DNA from: Dehalococcoidia bacterium
Lineage (GTDB): Bacteria > Chloroflexota > Dehalococcoidia > Bin125
Length of the DNA: 64,000 bases
Direction: 5' to 3'
Assembly: GCA_963663235.2 (NCBI GenBank)
Contig: CAXXNO010000004.1
Span: 384,001 to 448,000 of the forward strand
In this document: one piece after another, positions 39,770 through 50,736 of the stretch
Layout of the letters: every line of letters starts with the position of its first letter
How positions within the stretch are numbered: the first letter of the stretch is position 1
The notes under the pieces: model-generated
Seen by the model: the letters and a program-made list of their open reading frames with translations, nothing else
Database searches by the model: none
What the model was told of the DNA's origin: nothing
Program-made: the position numbers and the translations under genes

Positions 39770-41071
39770 CTATTTGGCCGGGTGCGGCGCCGGCTCCAGG
39801 CCGCGGTAGCGCCCCCGGAACTGTTCGAAGATGGCAGCCGTTCGCTTGGCCACGCCGGTCCAGCCGAACTGGCGCCGCGCGAAGCGGGCGCCTTCGTTGC
39901 TCAGTCGTGCCCGCAGGCTTGGGTAGCGGAGCGGCAGGCTGAGAACGGTGGCGAACTCCGTGGGGCGGCTGGGGTCGGCGTAGAGCGCCTGCACGCCGAA
40001 GTCGATCATCTGGTGCAGGCCGCCGTTCACGGTGATCACGGCCGGTGTCCCGCACGCCATCGCCTCCACGGCGGTCATGCCGAACGGCTCGTAGCGTGAG
40101 GGCAGGGCGAAGACGGCGGCGGCGCGGTAGTGGTCGGTCATCGCCTCGTCGGTGATGTACCCGCGCCAGCGAATCCAGCGGGTGACCTCCAGTTGATCGG
40201 CCAGCGCCTGCCAGCGCTGCACCTTGCGACGGTCCCGCGCAGAGTCGGCCCCCACCGCCAGTTGCAGGCGCGCATCGGGAACCAACGTGCGCAGCACCGG
40301 CAGCGCGCGGATGAGGAAGTCATACCCCTTGTTGGAGGCGGCGCGGCCCACGCAGTACACATCATGGGTGCGGAACCCCAAGCGGCGGCGCGCATCGGTG
40401 ACGCTCTCCGGCAGCGCCGGCGTGTAGCGCGCCTCATCGATGCCGGGAGGCACCAGCGTGACGTGCTCGGCGGGCACGTCGTAGTGGTCGCGGAGGATGT
40501 CGGCTTGGTCGGGCGAGGTGGCGATCAGGTGATCGCAGTGCTGATAGACCAGAAACTCTTTGCGGATCCGTTCATCGAAGCGGTACTGCTGTTCCAGGAC
40601 CGCGGGGTCCTCTTTCATCTCTGTGCGCTTCCACCAGCCCAAGGAGTGAGGCGTATGGATGTGGGGGATGTTCAGCTCCTCGGCGATCCGCTGGCCGGCC
40701 CAGCCGGCGTCCCAGTAGTGCGAGCTGACGACGTCGTAGCGGGTCCGGCTGGTGGCGACGGCCGCGAGGAACCGGGTGATGAAATCGCCCAGGTAGTCGT
40801 GCATGTCTTCTTTGCGCACGAACCCCGGGGCGCCGAAGGGGATGCGCCAGATGCGCAAGCCGTCCGCGATCTCGTCGACGGCCGGCTGGGTCTCGAAGCG
40901 GCGGGTGACGATGTCGACCCGGTAGCCGAGGCGGGCGAAGCGCTTGGCCATCTCCAAGACGAAGACGACCTGGCCCCCGGTGTCCGGCAAGCCCAACTCC
41001 GGCTCCGCGGCCACATACCCGTGCACCGAAAGCATCAGGATGGAGCCGACGGGGGATGGCCCTAGGGTCAT
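39770..41071 (-). CDS. GT4 glycosyltransferase, mannosylfructose-/sucrose-phosphate synthase-like
   Basis: SVHGYVAAEPELGLPDTGGQVVFVLE, SHYWDAG, HTPHSLG, YEPFGMTAVEAMACG. Confidence 0.82.
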   Translation of the reverse strand: MTLGPSPVGSILMLSVHGYVAAEPELGLPDTGGQVVFVLEMAKRFARLGYRVDIVTRRFETQPAVDEIADGLRIWRIPFGAPGFVRKEDMHDYLGDFITRFLAAVATSRTRYDVVSSHYWDAGWAGQRIAEELNIPHIHTPHSLGWWKRTEMKEDPAVLEQQYRFDERIRKEFLVYQHCDHLIATSPDQADILRDHYDVPAEHVTLVPPGIDEARYTPALPESVTDARRRLGFRTHDVYCVGRAASNKGYDFLIRALPVLRTLVPDARLQLAVGADSARDRRKVQRWQALADQLEVTRWIRWRGYITDEAMTDHYRAAAVFALPSRYEPFGMTAVEAMACGTPAVITVNGGLHQMIDFGVQALYADPSRPTEFATVLSLPLRYPSLRARLSNEGARFARRQFGWTGVAKRTAAIFEQFRGRYRGLEPAPHPAK

Positions 41072-41322
41072 GCACGCTCCTCGAGCGGCCGAGCAGCCCG
41101 GATAGCCATGGTAGCCGTTCTGTAAAGTCCGTGAGCGCTCGCCGACGCCAGGACGGCCGTCCGCGCCCCCAGGCGGACGGCCGTTCGCGGGCGCCGCGGG
41201 ATCTTTGCCCGGCGCGCCGTGGGGCGCTGGGCCCTCAGGGATAGCCAGTGATCGGGCCGCCGAGCCGACAGAATCTGGTAGCGTGCCCTCGCCGGCGACA
41301 ACCGGCCGGGAACGTGGGGGCG

Positions 41323-41739
41323 ATGGCGCACGATCCGACGGTGATCCGCGTGCTGCTGGCCAAGGTCGGGCTGGACGGCCACGACCGCGGGGTGAAGATC
41401 GTCGCGCGCTGCCTGCGCGATGCGGGCATGGAGGTGGTCTACATCGGGCTGCACCATACGCCCGGCGATATCGTGGACACGGCCATCGAGGAGGATGTCG
41501 ACATCCTCGGCGTGAGCCTGCTCTCGGGCGCGCACATGACGATCTTCCCGCGCATGGTGGAGTTGCTTCGCGAGAACGGCGCGGACGATATCATCTTGGT
41601 CGGAGGCGGCGTGATGGCGGAAGAAGACGTCGTGGCGCTGAAGGCGCAGGGCGTCGCCGAGATCCTGCTGCAGGACGCGCCGCCCGACGCGATCGTGGAG
41701 ACGATGCGCCGGCTCATCGCCGAGCGCGGGCCGCGCTGA
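41323..41739 (+). CDS. hcmB: B12-binding small subunit of acyl-CoA mutase (HcmB-like)
   Basis: IRVLLAKVGLDGHDRGVK (DxHxxG), GVSLLSG, GGGVM. The ILLQDAPPDAI tail resembles HcmB. Confidence 0.8.
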   Translation: MAHDPTVIRVLLAKVGLDGHDRGVKIVARCLRDAGMEVVYIGLHHTPGDIVDTAIEEDVDILGVSLLSGAHMTIFPRMVELLRENGADDIILVGGGVMAEEDVVALKAQGVAEILLQDAPPDAIVETMRRLIAERGPR

Positions 41740-41793
41740 GCGGCGGTCGTGGCGGCGCGGGAGTCCCCGCCGCGGTGAGGGAAGGGGAAGCCG

Positions 41794-43494
<1,701 letters not shown>

Positions 43495-43532
43495 GCGACG
43501 GCCGAGCGGGCGGCTCGGCGACGGAGCGGGAG

Positions 43533-44936
43533 ATGGCCGGCGCGGACACCGAGCTTGCCTACGCGTCGATCGCCGACGTCGGCGCGCGGATCCGGCGGCG
43601 CGAGGTGTCGCCGGTGGAGCTCACCGAGCTCGTGCTGGCCCGCATCGAGGAGCACAACCCCGCGCTCAACGCCTACTACGCGCTGTTTCCCGAGCAGGTC
43701 CTCGCCGCGGCCCGCGCCGCAGAGCAGGAGATCGCGGCCGGGAGCTACCGCGGGCCACTGCACGGCATCCCGATCTGCATTAAGGACATCTACGAGAGCG
43801 GCCCGACGACCTGCGGGTCGAAGGCGCTCGACGGCTACGTGGCGGAACGAGATTGCACGGCGGTGGCGAAGCTCAAGCAGGCCGGCGCCCTGGTCCTGGG
43901 CAAATCCGCCACCTACGAGTTCGCCACCGGCTATCAGGTCACGGACTCCCACTTTGGGCCCACGCACAACCCCTGGAACCCGGCGTACGACGCCGGCGGC
44001 TCCAGCAGCGGCACGGGGGCGGCGGTCGCGGCGGGGCTGGCGTACGCGGGCATGGGCTCCGACACCGGTGGCTCGATCCGGTGGCCGGCGCAGGTGTCCC
44101 TGATCGTCGGGCTCAAGGGGACCTACGGCCGCGTCAGCCGCGCCGGCGTGTACCCGCTGGCCTGGACGCTGGATCATACCGGCCCGCTGGCCCGCACGGT
44201 GACCGACGCGGCGTTGATGTTGCAGGGGTGTGCGGGCTACGACCCCGGAGATCCGGCCTCGGCGGACGTGCCGGCGCCGGACTTTACGGCGAAGATCGGG
44301 CGGGAGATCCGGGGCATGAAGGTTGGGCTGCCGCGGGCCCTCTACGAGGAGAGTTGCGAGCCCGGCCTCCTGCAGGCGTTCAACGCGGCGCTGGCGGTGT
44401 TCGAGTCGCTGGGGGCGGAGTTGGTGGATGTGCCGTCGATCACGCTGACGCAGCTGCAAGCGGTGCAGTGGCCCATTGCGTTCGCGGAGCAGGCCGCCAT
44501 CCACCAGGCGAACGTGCGCCGGCGTGGCCAGGACTACAGCCCGCACCTCAGGCAGTTCGTGCAGTACGGCACGCTGATCCCGGCGGCGTACTACTTGTCG
44601 GCGAACCGGGTACGCGCGCAAGTGCTCGCCGACCAGGTCCGGATGCTCACGGAGGACGTGGACGTCCTGGCGCTGCCGACGACCGGGTTTCAGATCAACA
44701 AAGTCTTCGATCGGTCGCCGGGGCTCAGCCTCTTGTCTGCCGTCTTCTCGCTGTACACGCCCCTGTTCAACCTCACCGGCCTGCCATCGATCCAGGTTCC
44801 CTGCGGCTTCGATCAGCGTGGACTGCCGGCCGGGCTGCAGATTGCGGCGAAGCCGTTCGATGAGGCGACCGTGATCCAGGTGGCTTACGCCTACGAGCAG
44901 GCGGCGGGCTGGCACAGGCGGCACCCGGACCTGTAA
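43533..44936 (+). CDS. Amidase-signature family enzyme
   Basis: GIPICIKDI (Lys), GGSSSG, GSDTGGSIR (Ser-cisSer-Lys triad). Confidence 0.92.
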   Translation: MAGADTELAYASIADVGARIRRREVSPVELTELVLARIEEHNPALNAYYALFPEQVLAAARAAEQEIAAGSYRGPLHGIPICIKDIYESGPTTCGSKALDGYVAERDCTAVAKLKQAGALVLGKSATYEFATGYQVTDSHFGPTHNPWNPAYDAGGSSSGTGAAVAAGLAYAGMGSDTGGSIRWPAQVSLIVGLKGTYGRVSRAGVYPLAWTLDHTGPLARTVTDAALMLQGCAGYDPGDPASADVPAPDFTAKIGREIRGMKVGLPRALYEESCEPGLLQAFNAALAVFESLGAELVDVPSITLTQLQAVQWPIAFAEQAAIHQANVRRRGQDYSPHLRQFVQYGTLIPAAYYLSANRVRAQVLADQVRMLTEDVDVLALPTTGFQINKVFDRSPGLSLLSAVFSLYTPLFNLTGLPSIQVPCGFDQRGLPAGLQIAAKPFDEATVIQVAYAYEQAAGWHRRHPDL

Positions 44937-44986
44937 CCGCCGGCCACGGATCGGTTGTGGTAGGTTCCCGTGCAAGGGGGCGGGAG

Positions 44987-47440
44987 ATGCTCAGCCCGTA
45001 CCGTGTGCTGGACCTGACGGATGAGCGCGGGGTGCTGTGCGGCCAGATCCTGGCCGACCTGGGCGCCGACGTGATTCAGGTGGAGCCGCCGGGCGGCTCG
45101 CCGGCGCGGCGGCTGGGGCCCTTCTACCAAGATGAGCCGTCGCCCGAGAAGTCGCTCTACTGGTGGGCCTACTGCCGCAACAAGCGCGGGATCACGCTTG
45201 ACCTCGACGACTCGGACGGGCAGGAGACGCTGCGCCGGCTCGTGCGGAGCGCGCACTTCTTCATCGAGTCCGAGACACCCGGCGTCATGGCCGCGCGCGG
45301 CCTGGGCTACGACGATCTGGCGCGCATCAACCCCGGGCTGATCTACGTGTCGATCACGGCGTTCGGGCAAGACGGCCCCAAGGCGGGCTGGGCCGGCACC
45401 GACCTGACCGTGCTGGCCGCCGGCGGGCCGCTGATCCTGGCCGGCGACCGCGACCGCGCGCCGGTCCGCGCGAGCGTGCCGCAGGCCTCCCACCACGCCG
45501 CGGGGGACGCCGCGGGCGCCGCGCTGATCGCCCACCAGGAGTGGCGCCGATCCGGCCTGGGCCAGCACGTCGACGTGTCGGCGCAGCAGTCGGTCGCGCA
45601 GGCGACCATGGCGCTGATCCTCTCGGCGCCCGTGGGGGAAACGGAGAGTGTCCGCGCCTCCGGCGGCATGGTGCTGGGGCCGCTGGAAGCGCGGCTGATC
45701 TGGCAGGCCACGGACGGGTATATCTCGCTGACCTTCTTCTTTGGCTCCGCCATCGGGCCGTTCACGCGGCGTTTCATGGAGTGGGTCTTTGAGGAGGGTG
45801 GCTGCGACGCAGCGACCCGCGACAAGGACTGGATCGCCTACGCGCAACTCCTGCTGAGCGGCGATGAGCCGATGGAAGAGTTCGAGCGCGTCAAACAGGT
45901 TGTGGCGGAGTTCATCGCGACGAAGAGCAAGGCCGAGTTGTTCGAAACGGCGCAGGAGCGGGGTTTGCTCATCGTCCCGGTCACGGAGATCGACGAGGTG
46001 GCCACGAGTCCGCAACTGGAAGCCCGAGGCTACTGGCGGACACTCGAGCACCCGGAGGTCGGAGCGTCGATTCGCTACCCCGGCCCGTTCGTCCAGTTCA
46101 GCGAAAACCCGATCGCCTACCGCCGGCGGGCGCCGCTCATCGGGGAGCACAACGCCGAGGTCCTCGGCGAACCAGTGGCGGACGCGCCCGCCGCGTCGCC
46201 CTCCCCCTCCGCGGAGCCCGCGGAGCCCGCGGAGCTGCCCCTGCGCGACGTCAAGGTGCTGGATTTCTTCTGGGTCGTCGCGGGGCCCACCGCGACGCGC
46301 GTGCTGGCCGACTACGGGGCCACCGTGATCCGGGTGGAATCGACGAAGCGGGTGGAGACGGCCCGCACCATTCAGCCGTTCCACAAGGGCCAGCCCGGCC
46401 CGGAGAACTCCAGCCTGTTCGGTACGGCGAATGCAGGCAAGCTGGGGCTGACGCTGAACCTGGGGACGGAGGAGGGACGCAACGTGGTGCGCGATCTCGC
46501 GCGCTGGGCGGACGTGGTCACCGAGTCCTTCTCCCCCAAGGCGATGCGCGCCTGGGGCCTGGATTACGAAGCGCTGGCGCGGATCAACCCCCGCATCATC
46601 ATGCTCAGCAGCTGCCTCTTCGGGCAGAGCGGCCCGCTGGCGGGGGTGGCGGGGTTCGGCACGATGGGGTCGGCGATCTCCGGCTTCATCAACCTGGCCG
46701 GCTGGCCGGACCGCCCCCCGGTGGGGCCGTTTGGGGCCTACAGCGACTACTGCGCCCCCCGCTTCACGGTGCCGGCGCTGCTGGCGGCGCTGGAGTACCG
46801 CGACCGCACGGGCAAGGGGCTGTACATCGATCAGTCCCAGGCCGAGTCGGCGCTGCACTTCATCGGCCCGGCGTTCCTGGACTACACGGTGAATGGGCGC
46901 GTCGCGAAGCGCAACGGGAACCGCGATCCGCTCATGGCGCCGCACGGCGTCTACCCGGCCTCCGGGGAGGATGCCTGGGTCGCCATCGCCGTGCGCGACG
47001 ACGACGACTGGCGGCGGTTCTGCGTCGCCAGCGGCCGGGCGGATTTGGCGGGCGACGCCCGTTTCGCCACGGCGGCGGGGCGCAAGGCGAATGAGGACGC
47101 CCTGGACGCGCTGGTGAGCGAGTGGTCGGCGTCGCGGCCGGCGGCGGACGCGGAGCGCGCGCTGCAAGCGCAGGGGGTGCCTGCCTCGGTGGTGCAGGGC
47201 AGCTCGCTCTGCGCGGCGGACCCGCAGTTGGGCCATCGCGGGCACTTCGTGGAGCTGGAGCATCCGGTGCACGGCACGACCATTGTGGAGGGGTCGCGCT
47301 TCCGGCTCTCTCGCACGCCCGCGGCGATCACGCGCGCCGCGCCGACATTCGGCCGCGATAACGACTACGTCCTGCGGGAATTGCTGGGCTACGACGAGGG
47401 CCGGATCGCAGATCTGGCGATCGCCGGCGCCTTGGAATAG
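44987..47440 (+). CDS. Family III CoA-transferase with two fused CaiB/BaiF domains
   Basis: Two RVLD/KVLD...LADLGA/LADYGA..VI.VE repeats; RNKRGITLDL and NAGKLGLTLNL. Confidence 0.9.
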   Translation: MLSPYRVLDLTDERGVLCGQILADLGADVIQVEPPGGSPARRLGPFYQDEPSPEKSLYWWAYCRNKRGITLDLDDSDGQETLRRLVRSAHFFIESETPGVMAARGLGYDDLARINPGLIYVSITAFGQDGPKAGWAGTDLTVLAAGGPLILAGDRDRAPVRASVPQASHHAAGDAAGAALIAHQEWRRSGLGQHVDVSAQQSVAQATMALILSAPVGETESVRASGGMVLGPLEARLIWQATDGYISLTFFFGSAIGPFTRRFMEWVFEEGGCDAATRDKDWIAYAQLLLSGDEPMEEFERVKQVVAEFIATKSKAELFETAQERGLLIVPVTEIDEVATSPQLEARGYWRTLEHPEVGASIRYPGPFVQFSENPIAYRRRAPLIGEHNAEVLGEPVADAPAASPSPSAEPAEPAELPLRDVKVLDFFWVVAGPTATRVLADYGATVIRVESTKRVETARTIQPFHKGQPGPENSSLFGTANAGKLGLTLNLGTEEGRNVVRDLARWADVVTESFSPKAMRAWGLDYEALARINPRIIMLSSCLFGQSGPLAGVAGFGTMGSAISGFINLAGWPDRPPVGPFGAYSDYCAPRFTVPALLAALEYRDRTGKGLYIDQSQAESALHFIGPAFLDYTVNGRVAKRNGNRDPLMAPHGVYPASGEDAWVAIAVRDDDDWRRFCVASGRADLAGDARFATAAGRKANEDALDALVSEWSASRPAADAERALQAQGVPASVVQGSSLCAADPQLGHRGHFVELEHPVHGTTIVEGSRFRLSRTPAAITRAAPTFGRDNDYVLRELLGYDEGRIADLAIAGALE

Positions 47441-47463
47441 CGCCGGAGCCGGGCGGGCCGGTC

Positions 47464-48297
47464 TCAGCCCTCGCGCTCGAAGACCGCCCGCACGACCGCG
47501 ATGCGGCCCTCCTCGAGGTTGCGGGAGAGGTTCCCGATCGCCTCGCCAAACCCGGGGCCCAGGAGGACGGCCGGGCTGAGCGGCGGCGGGCCCTGGTCGG
47601 CGGCGGTCGCCCGCGCGGCCCGGACCCAGGCGATGGACTGATCGGTCACGTCCTGCCAGACGCGCTCGCGGAGGCCGCTTTGCTCGATGAGCGTGCGCAG
47701 CTCCTGGGCGCCCACCAGGAAGCTGATGGCGGGATCGCGAGCCCAGGGCACGGGAAAGTGGGGCTCCGGCGTTGGGCCGGAGAGGACTTCGTGCAGGATG
47801 AAGCGGCCGCCGGGCTGGAGGACTCGCAGGATTTCCGTGCAGAGGCGTCCCTTGTCCTGGATGTTCATTTGCGCGTGCTGCGTCCAGACGACGTCGTAGG
47901 ACGCATCGGCGAAGGGCGTGGCGAGGGCGTCGGCGCAGCGGATCTCCACCTGGTCGCTCAGGCCGGTGCGCGCCGTGAGGAGCTCGGCCGCTTGGCAGTA
48001 GGCCTCGGTGAGGTCGATGCCGGTGACGCGACAGCCAAACCCGGCGGCCAGCGTGCGGGCGGGTCCGCCGATGCCGCAGCCGATGTCCAGGACCCGCATT
48101 TCCTCCCGCAGACCGGCCAGGGAGGCGAGTGCGAGGGTCGCGTCGTGGCCGCCGATGTGGAAATGGTCGAGCGGCGCGAGGTCCGCCGGCCTGAGCGCAT
48201 CCAGGTCCTTGCCGGCGCGGGCGAGCGCTTCCAGGATCCGTCCCCCCAGATCCGGCCGGCCGTAGTGCTGGTTGACCGCTTCGGCGATGTCGCTGAC
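47464..48297 (-). CDS. Class I SAM-dependent methyltransferase (UbiE/sarcosine-dimethylglycine MT-like)
   Basis: DHFHIGG, VLDIGCGIGG, GIDLT, ADALATPF, RVLQPGG. Start uncertain because the best RBS points at a GTC codon. Confidence 0.85.
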   Translation of the reverse strand, partial: VSDIAEAVNQHYGRPDLGGRILEALARAGKDLDALRPADLAPLDHFHIGGHDATLALASLAGLREEMRVLDIGCGIGGPARTLAAGFGCRVTGIDLTEAYCQAAELLTARTGLSDQVEIRCADALATPFADASYDVVWTQHAQMNIQDKGRLCTEILRVLQPGGRFILHEVLSGPTPEPHFPVPWARDPAISFLVGAQELRTLIEQSGLRERVWQDVTDQSIAWVRAARATAADQGPPPLSPAVLLGPGFGEAIGNLSRNLEEGRIAVVRAVFEREG

Positions 48298-48617
48298 GGG
48301 CCGCTCCTTTTTGTGCTGGGTCGGGCCCGGCACCCAGCGATAGCGTAGCGAACCGTCGAAGTAGGGGCCGCGGCGTCGCTGCGTCGCCGCCGTTTGCGAC
48401 GTTCGTCGGAGGAGGAATCCGTCCTTGGTCGCTCCGGAATCCCGAGGCACTGCCGTCACAAAGCCCCGCCGCATCGACCATACAGGTAGAGGAAGTCTGC
48501 CGATTTTCCGGTCCCAAGTGGGGCCCGGCATCGGTAACGGGGGGAAAGAGGTCCAGAGGGCGTGACGCCATTGGACATCGGAGCGAATCACCACCCCGAT
48601 ACGGACGGGAGGCAGCG

Positions 48618-49160
48618 ATGCTGCGCCTGATTCTCACCCTCGTGGGAGTTATCGGTATTTCGACGGCCTTTGTCGTGACCGACACCCTGGCGGTCTACAC
48701 CGACCAGGAGACGAACAGCGCCAACGCCTTCGACACTGGGAGCGTGGATTTGGCCAACGCCCCGGACAGCGCCATCGTGACTTTCACCAACATGGCGCCC
48801 GGCAACTCGGTGATCCAGCCGCTGACTGTGACCAACAGCGGCTCGCTTGATCTGCGCTACGCCATGACGGCGACGGCGACCAACGCCGACAGCAAGAACC
48901 TCCGCGACCAGTTGCTGCTGACGGTGCGCACGCAGACGGCCAATCCGTGCTCCTCGGAGGACGGGGCGGTGCTCTACGGGCCCGCGGCCCTCTCAGCCGG
49001 CGCTTTCGGCGACGCGACCCAGGGGGCGCAGGCCGGTGACCGGACACTGTTGATCGGCACGAACGAATCATTGTGCTTCAAGGTGGAGTTGCCGGCGGCG
49101 AGCGCCAATTCCTTCCAGAGCGCGGCCGCGACCGTCACGTTCACGTTCGACGCGGAATAG
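48618..49160 (+). CDS. TasA/CalY-like fibre subunit with SipW-type signal peptide
   Basis: Hydrophobic leader, then TLA-VYTDQETNSANAFDTGSVDL, NMAPGNS, VTNSGSLDLRY, and C-terminal FTFDAE. GGGAGG RBS. Confidence 0.82.
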   Translation: MLRLILTLVGVIGISTAFVVTDTLAVYTDQETNSANAFDTGSVDLANAPDSAIVTFTNMAPGNSVIQPLTVTNSGSLDLRYAMTATATNADSKNLRDQLLLTVRTQTANPCSSEDGAVLYGPAALSAGAFGDATQGAQAGDRTLLIGTNESLCFKVELPAASANSFQSAAATVTFTFDAE

Positions 49161-49201
49161 ACGACTAACAACCCGTAACCCCAGGAGCGACGCGGACGCT
49201 G

Positions 49202-50716
49202 ATGACAACCTCAAGGCACAAAAATCGATCGCGCTCTCGGCGGCCACTGCTATTGTTGCTGGCCGTTGTGGGCGCCGTCAGCCTGGCGATCGTTGGGACG
49301 GCGGGCCCGGCGCTGCTGCCGGGCGAAGGCTCCGGCGGCGACGATTTCACGGCGCAAGCCGCCGCCGACGCCGGCGGCGCGCTCAGCGCGCCGGTGAGTC
49401 CCGACGGCGACTGCGACACCGATGCAGCCGAACGCGGCGCAACCCTGCCGGACGAGTGCACTGAAGGCCGGAACGGGGGCGACCACACCGCCGCCGCGGC
49501 CGGCGAGGACGCCACGACCGACGAGTACATCCTCAGCGTCGCCGTGGTGGAGGACGGCGCCACGGACGGGGGCACTCCTGCTGCCTCTGGGACGGGCAAA
49601 CTCCCCGGCGGGCCGGGGGCCATCGAAGACCCGACCGGCGGCATTTTCATCAACTTTGGCGGTATCGAGGTCCGTGGCCGCGATGGCGAGCCGGCCGGTG
49701 GGGCTGACGCTGGGTCCGATCCGCCGGGGCCCAACGGGGCGTTTGGCCCCGGCGGCGGTGACCCGTCCGGTTCCTTTGTGGCGGGGGACGGCGATTCGGC
49801 CGGTCCCGACGCCTCGGACGGAATCTTTGGCTTCCAGCCCGACGACGGGGACGGCTCTGGCGCCGATGATGCGTCGTCCGGCTCAGGCGACTCCGGCGGC
49901 GACTCCGGCGGCGTCTTCGGCGGCGGCACTGGCAGCGGCGGCGGCGGCTCCGACGACGGCTCGGACATCGGCTCGGGCGACAACTCGGGCAGCGGCACCA
50001 GCGACGGCACGGACGACGGCTCGGGCGATGACTCGGGCAGCGGCACGGGCGACGGCACGGGCGATGACTCGCGCAGCGACTCGGGCGATGACTCGGGCAG
50101 CGACTCGGGCGACAGCTCGGGCAGCGGCTCCGACGAAGACTGCGACGACGGTTCCGACGACGACTGCGGCGACGGCACGGGCGACAACTCAGGCAGCGGC
50201 TCCGGCGGTGACTCCAACGATCCCCCGCCCCCGCCTCCGCCCCCACCCCCGCCCCCGCCCCCGCCGAGCGGAGGGGGCCCCGTGGATCTGGTGGCTTCGC
50301 CCGGGAGCGCGGTGGTCAGCTTCTCGAACATGGCCCCCGGCGACTCCGTGATCGCGGTGTTGGTGCTCACCAACAACGACTCCACCGAGCTGCGCTACGC
50401 CATGACGACCTCCGCCACCAACGCGGACGGCAAAAACCTGGCGGGCCAGTTGCTGGTGACGATCCGGCTGAAGACGTCGAATCCTTGCTCTGCGGAGGAC
50501 GGCGCGATTCTCTACGGCTCCGGGCCGTTGAGCGGCGCGGCCTTCGGCGATCCGGCGCAGGGAGCCCAGGCCGGCGACCGTGTCTTGGCGCCCGGCGCGA
50601 GCGAGCAACTGTGCATCAAAGTGGAACTCCCGCTTTCCAGCGGCAACGAGACCCAGAACGCGGCGACCGTGGCCCCCTTCGTTTTTGACGCGGAAGAGAC
50701 CTTCAATAACCCGTAG
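49202..50716 (+). CDS. Secreted or anchored protein with Gly/Asp/Ser-rich linker, polyproline and a C-terminal TasA-like domain
   Basis: The C-terminal ~146 aa align without gaps to the preceding protein (about 60% identity by manual count). Confidence 0.78.
   Translation: MTTSRHKNRSRSRRPLLLLLAVVGAVSLAIVGTAGPALLPGEGSGGDDFTAQAAADAGGALSAPVSPDGDCDTDAAERGATLPDECTEGRNGGDHTAAAAGEDATTDEYILSVAVVEDGATDGGTPAASGTGKLPGGPGAIEDPTGGIFINFGGIEVRGRDGEPAGGADAGSDPPGPNGAFGPGGGDPSGSFVAGDGDSAGPDASDGIFGFQPDDGDGSGADDASSGSGDSGGDSGGVFGGGTGSGGGGSDDGSDIGSGDNSGSGTSDGTDDGSGDDSGSGTGDGTGDDSRSDSGDDSGSDSGDSSGSGSDEDCDDGSDDDCGDGTGDNSGSGSGGDSNDPPPPPPPPPPPPPPPSGGGPVDLVASPGSAVVSFSNMAPGDSVIAVLVLTNNDSTELRYAMTTSATNADGKNLAGQLLVTIRLKTSNPCSAEDGAILYGSGPLSGAAFGDPAQGAQAGDRVLAPGASEQLCIKVELPLSSGNETQNAATVAPFVFDAEETFNNP
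49880..50267. repeat. Low-complexity GACTCGGGC/GACGGC repeats (GDDSGS) followed by a polyproline-coding tract
   Basis: Visible in both DNA and translation. Confidence 0.8.
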
Positions 50717-50736
50717 CCGCCCAGCGCGGGGTGTGA

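Noticed and set aside
41090-41212. Possible c-di-GMP-I riboswitch on the minus strand upstream of the glycosyltransferase (GGCAAA ... ATGGCTATCCGGGCTGC)
   Set aside because: No GAAA tetraloop stem or GACGCAAA junction; the resemblance is only partial.
44891-48685. 1264-aa minus-strand ORF, and many other long alternative-frame ORFs such as 43161-44975, 19438-21270 and 13684-15345
   Set aside because: These are shadow ORFs of well-supported genes in high-GC DNA. They are Arg/Pro/Ala-rich and have no motifs.
49158-49160. Genome-wide TAG recoding or pyrrolysine
   Set aside because: TAG is the genuine stop of rpmG, rpmH, rplL, tuf and others in this window, and no pyl genes are visible.
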